Origin: Epithemia pelagica
Taxonomy: Eukaryota; Protista; Bacillariophyta
Length of the DNA: 64,000 bases
Reading direction: 5' to 3'
NCBI GenBank assembly: GCA_946965045.2
Contig: OX337230.1
Coordinates: 2,294,001 to 2,358,000, forward strand
The notes under the pieces are model-generated. The model ran no database searches and was not told the origin of the DNA. It saw only the letters and a list, made by a program, of their open reading frames with translations. Every line of letters starts with the position of its first letter. Position 1 is the first letter of the stretch. Below are positions 35,801 through 45,125 of this stretch, piece after piece. A program made the translations under genes and the position numbers.

Positions 35801-37840
35801 GAAGGTATCCAGTGAATAACGAAGGCTGAGAAATTCTCTGTCCTCAGCTGCGGCACTCTCCAGTTTCTTGGTATACCCACTGTAGCCCATGATTGCTTCA
35901 AATTGGTTGGGAAGCGACTTCTCAAATTGCGACACAATTTGTCTCAATTTGTACTCGGACAGGAACATTTCAAAAATATTGTTGAATCGTCCGAAACAGT
36001 CTTCTATACGCTGTAGCAATGTAGTGTCCACCCACTTACAGAATGGCTCGACAACGTCCTTCACTATGATGGGAGAATAGAGCTTCGATGCGCGCAATGT
36101 TGCTTCCTCGACCTTTTCATTTAGTTCTTGGGCCATGGCATCCCTTGCATTCTTCAGAACAGTCTTTGTGTCAAACGGTTCCCAAACGCTACGCAGTTCA
36201 GCGAGCATGAAACGGTCCCCTGGTGTCTCTTGAACCAATCTGTGTAACAGAGTAAGTCTGTCATCCGAGTCATCTTTCACGGATTTGAAGGTTGCGTTCC
36301 ATGGGCGCTCTGGGTGGTAGTCTGCTTGTAAAAACACTGACTGTGGGAAGTGGAAGGCTTCGAACCAAGACAGCTTTTCTTCAAGGCAATCAGTAGTAGG
36401 TGGGGCTACGAAATTGCTCGAAGAAGGTGACATGATAGGGAATTTCAACCGGATGGTGTTTTGTGTTGCTTCACCCATTGCTGCGAAAATGGTCTTGTAT
36501 GGCACGGTAAGATTGGCGTCAGTAAGGCGGTTGATATCGCCGTTGGCATGAACCCATCCGGTGAGTTGTTTATACCGGCGACCCTGGCAAACAACGGTGG
36601 GTACGAAGTCTGATTGTAATGTGGCACGCCATATGGAAAGCCATTTCTTTGAATACCGCGGAGGAAGACTTTCTTCATGGAAAAACAAAAGAACAGGGAG
36701 TCCCTCCTTGAGGAACCAAATGTCCTCCAATAGTAACGTCCGCAGGGCAAAGGAGGTGACTAGTTGAATCGGAGTTGTGGACGCATTGTTAGACTCGGGA
36801 GTCTGTTGGGTTGTATCTGACGATTCCGCATGTTTCCGTTTGTTCGTTGTTTTGTTCGTGAAGCGTCGTTGTTTGGAGGTGCCGGTGGGCGACCGAGATA
36901 CACCAGCGGTGTAATTTTTTGCCCGTCGCATCATTCCGGAACAATAGTTGGCCACCAGCGTCAGCGAAGACTTTTTGGATGCCTCAAGGGTCGGGGTAAT
37001 CAAAACCAGGGGTGTGTTTGCTGACGCAGCAGGTCCTGGGTTTTTGCATGGCAATGGAGGGACCCGACGGAGAGGGACTAGATACGAACCTTCACGAACT
37101 TTGGTTACTTTCCCTTTGAAGAGGTTAGGGTATTGTTGGTCCTGGTTGGTGGAAGATGCTGCAGGAGGAGGATCTTTCGGTGGACCTTTCTTTGGTGGAG
37201 CTTTCTTTGGTGGAGCTGTTGTCGTAGGGACTTTTGTCAGACGGAGGGTCGGTGCCGCAGCTGTTGTGGTATCCGGAGGGGAAGGTGAAGGGTCCTCACC
37301 ATTGGATGCCTCAGCAGGGACTGTTCGCTCCATAGCAGCAAGCAATTTCAGAGCCTTTTGAGGGGACGATTGGGTCCCAAACTGGATTTGCCCAACTGAA
37401 TCCCGATTGTGCCAAAGGTCAATGAACAGTGGTTGGGCTCTGTTGTTGGTAGAAGGATTGGATTCGTTGGATTGATTGTATGGATGCGGGGTTGGTTCGG
37501 GGCGTGGCCGAGGAGGAGGAGCAGAGGCATTACTTGTGGTTGTGGATAAGTCACTTGTACCTGCAGTTGGAACCATCGTACTAACCATCGTACTGTGTGA
37601 ATCCACGGTTGCTTTCGCATGAGGTGTGATGAAGGGAGGGACTGGAGTAGGCTGAACGGCATCAGATTGGCCATCAGAGACATTCGTTCTCGATGAAGCG
37701 AGAGATTCCATTCCGGCGATATGGACGCTTGATTCTTGTTTTGCTTCGGAGGCATGGCGATCCACTGTGCCCCGAGAAGCATAGGCCTTCCTAATGTCTT
37801 GCTGGGAACTGCGATGGCGTTTGTGCGAAGAAGAAGACAT
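32835..37840 (-). pseudogene. Academ-type DDE transposase (~1670 codons) with a single frameshift near 35400-35447
   Basis: Two overlapping long ORFs (35210-37858 and 32835-35381) in different frames. Motifs MAVFDNLQD, WLFVVGDGLS, PINGDLHVRFH and SALDQIMERIM match the DN / GD / GxxH / DxxxE pattern I associate with Academ (DUF6589-like) transposases. Acidic C-terminal tail. Confidence 0.75.
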
Positions 37841-37995
37841 TGTAGGGACAGTAAGCACGGCTCCGTACCTCCATTGCCGCGATGAATGCAGTTGGTGGTT
37901 TGGAGGTTTGTGTCAGTACTGGGAGCGCAGAGGTCGCGCCTTGGGGGTGAGTAAGAGTTTGCACACCAAAAGCACGACACATATGCGACCCGACT

Positions 37996-38025
37996 ACTCA
38001 CCCCCGCTGGGGGGTATCCAAGGGG
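37996..38025 (-). repeat. Right TIR plus right TSD of the AcademH-like element
   Basis: Read directly: ACTCACCCCCGCTGGGGGGTA|tccaagggg. Confidence 0.92.
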
Positions 38026-38324
38026 GGATGCACGAGGATACACGACCACTAATGGAATGTGGACATAACACACTAATTATTGGATGATAGACTTGAGTCA
38101 TGTTATCTCTCTTATCTCTTTGTAGAGAGATCCACAGCTGCCATATCTCTGGCTAGTCAATCCTTTCAAGTGCACTGGAACCTGGTGTCTTATTGTTTGT
38201 ATCATCGGAGACAAATTGTGACGTGGGAATTGTGCGTCACATATGGGGCAGGTATAAATTTTAACGCGAGCGCGCTCTTATCGCGACGGCCCGCTCGATT
38301 CGGGTTGGCCTGCTCGATTCTTCC

Positions 38325-38471
38325 CATATCGAGCTGGAGTGCACATATCGGGCAAACATCGAGTAAAATCACGTAATAAAATGCACAGATCGGGCTGGCC
38401 CGATCGTATCGGGCTAGCCCGATCATATCGGGCTGGAGTACACATATCGGGCTAGCCCGATCATATCGGGC
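38325..38471. repeat. Cluster of ATCGGGC/GCCCGAT heptamers forming interleaved palindromes
   Basis: Six ATCGGGC and three GCCCGAT copies in ~125 bp, e.g. GCCCGATCATATCGGGC. A ~29-bp direct repeat catatcgRgctggagtRcacatatcgggc occurs at 38325 and 38424. Confidence 0.85.
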
Positions 38472-39035
38472 AAGTAAATACAATAGCCTTTTAAATATCC
38501 CCTCGCAGAAATACGAACACAATACACATATTATATCATATTAATGATGGATATATCATATTGCAATGTCCAACATATGGAATAAGGGCATAGAGTGTCA
38601 TATTCATATTAAAAAGTGCAGCTGTTGTCATATCGGCACTCAAATATGACAAACGACTTTGGTGGAATGTGGAAGATATGGATCTTGTTGGGATTTTGTA
38701 TTGGGTATGCCTTTAGGTTTTTGCTTGAATCTGCGTGGAGACCAACGACCAACCCTCAATCAACCTCAACCCTGTCCCTGTGGAACACAACATATCAAGG
38801 CATCCCCGTTGTCGTAGCTACGTAGACCCTATTCTATGCATACTTCGGGTGGGCGGGCTGATTTCCCCAACTTCCGTCGGACAGGTACTGTTCCTTTATG
38901 CTGCTGAATTCAAGGCAAAACTCAAGATTTGAGTTTGGAGGCGGGGTATTATTTTATCCATCTCAAATTTCTAACCTAGGATTGCTGAATTCTGGTAATA
39001 GATAAAGTTCGAGTTTAGGTTTTGTGGTTTCGCCT

Positions 39036-39146
39036 TTCACCTGTTTCCTGTGCTCGCGGTGTCATGCGGCTCTGTGCTGCTCGGTAGAATGTCGAGAACA
39101 AGATTGGAAACGACACAAACCACTGTGCACGCACTACTCTCTGTGA
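39036..39146 (+). pseudogene. zf-MYND finger fragment
   Basis: Translates to FTCFLCSRCHAALCCSVECREQDWKRHKPLC, matching CxxC..CSxxCQxxDWxxHKxxC. Stops on both sides and no surrounding ORF. Confidence 0.5.
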
Positions 39147-40513
39147 CAAGAGCACCATCTATGCGACAAGAGCAACAAGAAGAGGCTTGGACAATGGCAC
39201 AGAAATGTCCATGGTGTTGTAGCAATTACTACAATAAAGTGATGAAATGATAAAGGGGAGAGTCAACAACAACTGGAGTGAGGCTTCATACATACCCTTT
39301 TTACAAGTTTGTCTGTCTTTGTCACACAGCCAAACAAGTGTGTCTGGTGCTGTCGACAAAACAAGAAAAAACATTCACCACAGTTTGAAAGCAGCGACAA
39401 GTCGACAGGTTGAAATAGTAGAACAAGTCACATGTCTGTCCACTCAAAAGGACGACTTGTAACTGTAGACAGCTCATATACTTTTCAGCAACCATAGATT
39501 TAATACGCCATCTTGATTTCTACAAAGACAACAACAAGAAGAGATGGGAATGATGTTTGGATTTTGAGAAAATGTAGGATGAGAAGAGGACCCATGAAGC
39601 CTGGTACAAGAGGGCCCGTAGCACCCCGAATTTGCCCCCCAACATTTCACAAACCCATCCCCGTCCCATGCCCGGAAACAACTAGTCCATCTCCCAGGTT
39701 CACAAACCAGTGCTAGCCTCCCTCTTTGTAAAAATTAACATGAACCCACCATCCTGAAACCAATTCATTCCATTCCCAGCCCCCTCGTTCCCGGGTACAT
39801 TGCCACTATGTGTGCAAATAAGCTTTGGTTGACCAAACAGTGACCATGACCAATCGATCAATCCTCTAGCTGTAGAGATTACTACCAGCCATAGCTAGCT
39901 GTAAGCTATACTCCAAGTTGCCCCTTTCCAGATAAAGTGCCAGCCCTGTTTCTACTGTACTTCTTGATACACTACTATTAAAAACCTATGTTCCGGTATG
40001 GTGTCAATCCAAGGCTAGGGCGTTTTCTTTCAGGGTACACATAAACATAACCTATTCGTAACCTTGTATTAGACCAACCTTGGGACTTGAATCTTGAGTT
40101 TTGCCTCATATTTTTTACCAGCATGATGCGCCTTACCCAACAATCCACCCCAGAACTGTACAATGATGAGGCCAAGTGTCAGAACTGACACGTGGCCAAT
40201 AGCCAAAAGCCTTTGTGACGACAGAGCTGCTGGGCTGCATGGGCTATATGGTCTTGTGCAAAACTTGTCTCACACTTGACTGCTGGAGTCTGTCTTGTAT
40301 GCCTGTCTTTATCACTTATCCTCCAGGGATTCCAAATGGAATTGGCAGCTTCAAGGTAGGTCTTCCTGATTGTTTCACCCAAAGGTGGGTACCTAGTCAA
40401 CCACTCACCATCCTTCTCTGGGTAGTCTTGGGCCTTCTGGCTTGTTGAGTTGCAAAAAGACAAGTAGCACATTGTCCTCCTCCTGTAGTCACTGTTGATT
40501 GCCTCATATAGTA

Positions 40514-42056
40514 GTAAATCTACTTTAATAGCCAGGGTGGGACGAGGAGGAGCTAGGGTGTGAGGAGTGGCATAACTCCGAGAAGGGCAATAGCGACGAG
40601 GAGTGGACTGCCCCTGTGAGATCCGCGTAAGCGGATCGAGGGGGCAATCCACGACAAGAAGCTATTGCCCGACAAGGAGTTAAGCCACGAGGAGCGCCCT
40701 GCGACGAGGAGTCCCCCGGGGCTATTAAAGTATGTTAGCTTCCTTTGTCACGAGGAGTCGTGCCAGCGCGCTCTAGGTATTTTTCGGTCTTCCTAAGTGA
40801 TCGGTACTCTTAAAATATACTTAGTACTCGTGAGCCTAATTAGTCTTTAAGACTTACGCTGGCCATACTCATGATGGCGCACTAGGTAATCTTTAATCCT
40901 TTGTAAATAACCCGGTCACTTAAGGGATCACATACAACTATATCGGATGACTTATAACGCTCAATGTGTAAGTATCATTCGTCCCACATTTATTGCATGC
41001 CAATCAAACTCCGAGGCGTGCTTGTTCTTTAAATACTCAAACAGAATACTTATAGTCAATGTTCCCCATTTCCCACTCCGACTGATACAACAACACAACA
41101 CACAACACAGCACCAACAACCAACACCTACTTTTTCGTTTCCCGGGCTAGTCTAGATTACTACACTAAGAGAAAATATCCATTTACAGTAAGTTTTGGGG
41201 CTTAGGTAGTGTGAGTGTGGGGAGTGACCCACTCCTCAGTGAGTGGGGAAGGGCACGACGACGGTAGAACGACGAGTGATAAAGGTAGCTTACTACCTTT
41301 ACCACTCGTCGTCCTACCCTTCCCCACTCACTGAGCACTCACTGAGGAGTAAGTCACTCCCCACACTCCCACTACCTAAGCCCCAAAAATTACTGTACTT
41401 AGATTTTTTATTCTAGTGTAGTGTAGGAGTTCCCATTGTGTTGGTGCATGCTGCTGTGTTCTGTGTTGTCTTGTGTCGTTCGTGGTCGGGTCGCGAGAGG
41501 AGTGGGGGATGGAAGATCTAAGTATTCTGTCACACTATTTATACAGCAAGCACGCCTCGGAGTTTGATTGGCATGCAATAATTGTGAGAAATTTGATACT
41601 TAGACATAAAGCGTTATAAATCATCCGATATAATCGGATGAGGTCACTTAAGTAACGCGGTTATTTAGAAACAATTAAGATTTCCTAGTGCCATATCGAA
41701 AGTAGGGCATGCTTAATTGTATAAAACTAATTAGGCTCACGACTACTAAGTATCCATTCAGAGAACCGATCACTTAGGAAGACCGAAAATTACCTAGGGT
41801 GCGCTGGCACGACTCCTCGTGACAAAGGAAGCTAACATACTTTAATAGCCCCGGAGGACTCCTCGTCGCAGGGCGCTCCTCGTGGCTTAACTCCTCGTCG
41901 GGCAATAGCTTCTCGTCGTGGAATGCCCCCACGATCCGCTTAAGCGGATCTCACAGGGGCAGTCCACTCCTCGTCGCTATTGCCCTTCTCGGAGTTTAGC
42001 CACTCCTCACACCCTAGCTCCTCCTCGTCCACCCTCAGCTATTAAAGTAGACTTAC
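40514..42056. mobile_element. 1.54-kb palindromic foldback element (two ~670-bp inverted arms around a central MITE)
   Basis: 40514-41185 is the reverse complement of 41396-42056. The outer ~300 bp are near-identical and identity decays inward. CGACGAGGAG-like motifs recur along each arm. Confidence 0.85.
41186..41395. mobile_element. 210-bp Tc1/mariner-type MITE
   Basis: TA|CAGTAAGTTTTGGGGCTTAGGTAGTG ... CACTACCTAAGCCCCAAAAATTACTG|TA. CAGT..ACTG ends, TA flanks, almost fully palindromic. Confidence 0.8.
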
Positions 42057-42617
42057 GACATTTGTCCCCATTAGAATGGGTGATGAGCAAGTCTTCAAGT
42101 TGTTGCACAGAGATGTATGTGCTGGGAACCTCTTGCCCACTTGGCCTCGACTGGATGCCATTTCTGAAAATGTGAGCACAGCATGTTGATCAGAGCCCCA
42201 TCATTACTGGATGCATGGCCTTGCAAGACTGGCAGTAGTATGAAGTGACAAGGACGTAGTCGGGCACGCCATGCAGACCAAAGATAGGAAATACGCTGTT
42301 GGTCTGGGAGTCTGGGAGAGGTTGGTTCCCCCAATCCACAATGTATAACTTCTGTCTTACAATTCAGTCCCAGAGGGCATCGTTGTTGTCGCGCACCTTG
42401 GGAACTCGGAACTCCATATCGTGCATGTAAGCCTTCTGTTCGGCTCAAAGGGAAGGATTTACACCTGCACCACACAAACCCCATTAGGGTTTTCAATACT
42501 AGATTTCGTTGCGCAAACTTTAACCAAATATTCAAAAATGTATAGCTTTATTTCAGAAGACATATAGACACTTATCTGAAAGAGCATCAAAAGATGATTC
42601 GATCTATATGCTTATCT

Positions 42618-44209
42618 TACCCCCCAGTGGGGGTGAGTGAGTCCCGCAGGCCTCATTTGGAAAAAGGGAACGATTCAAGAGGTGTATATTTTCTGTCCTT
42701 CGTGCGTTGTACAACTTTGGCCTCTTGTTTTTTTCCAAAGCACCTGCCATGTCAAATCGTCAGCCTGCCTTCGATCGTTGAAATCTGAACGCCGCCGGCC
42801 TCGCCTCGTATTTTGTGCCATGCAATCGTCTCACTTCTCACTTTTCAACAAACCACAAGAAATGACAATGGGGCTGCAACAAAATTGAACAATCCAGCAA
42901 AATGAATGACCATAGCATGAATACTACTGTCAAGATCTATCCCCTGGATCATCAGTAAACGCGGCAATCAACCGAATGAGAAGAAGGATGAAAAATGACA
43001 AGATGACAATCAACCAGTGTGTGGACGACATCAGAGTCTAAGGAAGGACACAATACAATGGATAGGGCCAGGAAGCCTAAACAAATAAGAGGAGTACCTA
43101 GATACATACTCCCTCCGGCCTTTTTTTATCGCACGAAGTTGAGAAAAATGACATAACGTCTCGAGCGTCAGCCCGTTCGCGCTAAAAATTATATAGATCG
43201 AAAGCTTATTACTAGACTCAAATTTCCATGTATAATTTATATGTTCCATCTCACAATCCTGGAGAGCTACATGGAACTAAAAGAGGCTAAAAACGCAATC
43301 CAAACTTTGGCGTACCGGTTCTGGCCCCCCAGGCGCACCCAAGGGATGGCACCCTCCAGACAGGCCCGCGAGGGGGTAAAGTACATAGACTTGCCGGCTA
43401 ATGACTGTGGACGTTCTATAGACATTCATCTATCCTTCCCCATCTGAATGGCACCTTGCCAGAGGTGTTTTGTCTTTCGTCGCCAAAATTTTTGGAGTTC
43501 ATCGATCCATCATAAGTAGGCTATGAGAGTGCGCAGAGCAACTCGCACGCGGTGGACTTAATTAACTCCCCCGAAATTTCATCCAACGCACGCGCGCGTG
43601 GTCGATTCCTATGTGTTCTTCGACTGCTGTTACAGAAGCGGTTAAAAGTGTCACGCGATAGAAGGATAATTAAGTTGTGGCGCGTGTCACATTGAATGTT
43701 CATCTCTAAAATTCGACTCCGAATGAGCCGGCCATCCTCCTGTAGAAATGTACCAGGTCCTACGAGTGGTGTTTATGCGACTGATTTTTCGAAAAATAGA
43801 TCGTGCGATAAAAAAGGCCGGAGGGAGTATAGAGTTGACTATGCTTGTATTTTAGTTGCAGTCAATGTACTACTCCTAAGAGCTTTCCTTGTTGTGGGCC
43901 ATTGCCACTTGTCTTGTGTTTGTGCATGTTTTTTTCTGTTTCACGTGTGTGTTCACTGTTCATCCTTGTGTGGGATTTCTTCGCGTCGTGCTCCTTATCA
44001 AGCCAAAGCCAGGGCGAAGCGCGCGAAGCCAGTTATGACAGTTGGTATGGACGTTATAATTACTGCTTTTAGAGTAAAAAACTGAGTTATAATTTCAAGT
44101 GAAAACTAAAATGAAAAAAGAAAAATGTCGGATGGATGACAGAAGTTATACACCCGCCGGATCGGACAGGTTATAATGAGACTGACCAGGACGCCCCTGC
44201 TTGGGGGTA
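42618..44209. mobile_element. Non-autonomous AcademH-like element, 1592 bp
   Basis: Left end TACCCCCCAGTGGGGGTGAGT matches the right TIR of the autonomous element 20/21. Right end ..CCCCTGCTTGGGGGTA. Perfect 10-bp TSD ATGCTTATCT at 42608-42617 and 44210-44219. No transposase or helicase ORF. Confidence 0.85.
43109..43827. mobile_element. Stowaway-like (mariner-family) MITE, 719 bp, nested in the non-autonomous Academ element
   Basis: TA|CTCCCTCCGGCCTTTTTTTATCGCACGA ... TCGTGCGATAAAAAAGGCCGGAGGGAG|TA. Classic CTCCCTCC terminus and TA TSD. Confidence 0.88.
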
Positions 44210-44782
44210 ATGCTTATCTCCGATCCGACCCTTACATTTTAAGCCTTCCCTTTGAGCCGAACAGTCTTAAGTCTTAAGTGATAAAAGATCACGTTTTCTC
44301 TCTAAACACACTAAACACTGTTCACATGGCTTTTGGTAAGAGAAGACATGTCTTGTCTGATTTTTTGTTAAGTATTTTCTGTCTTGTCTATGTCATGTGA
44401 AATTTCTAAACCAATCATATTTCTGCCATGTTTTTCTTGCTTGTTGGGGCTAGATCTTATCTAGAGGTTGTGTCGTCCGTGGATCCGATGATGCAAGACC
44501 GCTGTTCTTCGATGGTTCTGCGCTGAGACATAGCCTATTTTCCGACTAACTTACCTAGTCACGCCGGCTACCCTGCAGGTCCAGAGTGTCAATGCGGATC
44601 CTGAATCCTGAGACTAGCTAATCGGAGATGCTGCTCCCAGGCGCGGGACACCCAACACCCAACCCTTCTGCTTGCATATGTTTTGTGCTACTCCAGTAAA
44701 ACTATACTACTAGAGGTACAAGTCGTAGTATTGGTCTCGCAAATTCCAAATCCATTTGCTAACATGGTGTAATAGAGGGTAG

Positions 44783-44986
44783 TGCGGTACCCCTATATGG
44801 ATCCCGCCATACGTGTCACCACGTTCCATTCCCGGTTCGCGTTTTGACACTGCGACATGAATCTTCCGCCATCTGGCTGTTCCTCCTCCAGTCATTTCTC
44901 GTCGCACGTGGCACTGTGGATTCCTCATTCCCCCTAATTCCTCCTACTTCCTAAAGATCACAATTTTTATACCGTGCTATTTTACA
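44783..44986 (+). repeat. 5' LTR of gypsy (139 bp confirmed by identity; end at CA 44985-44986 before TGG is a candidate)
   Basis: TG start and 139-bp identity with the 3' copy. The TTTACA|TGGGTATGG junction could be the LTR end plus PBS. Confidence 0.6.
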
Positions 44987-45125
44987 TGGGTATGGCACTC
45001 TGATCAGAAGCTCGAAAACTTCCCCCAGCACTCTTTCACCATAACCACCTGCCGTTCTTTGGCCGATCCTCGTTGATCTCATCATCCTTTGATTCCTTTT
45101 CTTCCCTTTCTTTTGCAGTCTCATC

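Larger units (their letters stand above)
30419..38016. mobile_element. AcademH-like DNA transposon, 7598 bp, structurally complete
   Basis: TIRs TACCCCCTAGCGGGGGTGAGT (30419-30439) and reverse complement of 37996-38016 TACCCCCCAGCGGGGGTGAGT match 20/21. Perfect 9-bp TSD TCCAAGGGG at 30410-30418 and 38017-38025. Internal convergent SF2 helicase and large transposase. Confidence 0.9.
39978..42435 (-). pseudogene. Degenerate, multiply interrupted ORF, probably a transposase-like protein, split by the foldback element
   Basis: Protein-like fragments on both sides of the foldback join up: ...SNDGALINML..PVEAKWA..LLITHSNGDKCR | LLYEAINSDY...RYPPLGETIR...ISDKDRHTR...FAQDH..AHAAQQL. Many stops and frameshifts. 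The family call is from memory only. Confidence 0.4.
42436..44264. mobile_element. Putative small TIR element (~0.23 kb once nested insertions are removed) hosting the non-autonomous Academ element
   Basis: Perfect 21-bp inverted repeat CTGTTCGGCTCAAAGGGAAGG at 42436-42456 and 44244-44264. No TSD found. Confidence 0.5.

Noticed and set aside
30419-38016. Helitron or viral (NCLDV/Polinton) origin of the helicase
   Set aside because: The helicase is SF2 RecQ-like rather than PIF1. No HUH Rep, polB or capsid motifs were seen, and TIR plus 9-bp TSD fit a cut-and-paste element.
38913-40106. 17-bp inverted repeat AGGCAAAACTCAAGATT (38913-38929 and 40090-40106) as TIRs
   Set aside because: No TSD, only patchy flanking similarity, and one copy lies in the fossil ORF region; insufficient to call an element.
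40540-42030. CRISPR-like array from recurring CGACGAGGAG motifs
   Set aside because: The repeats are short, irregularly spaced and mirrored in the two arms; they are subterminal TE motifs in a eukaryotic context, with no cas genes.
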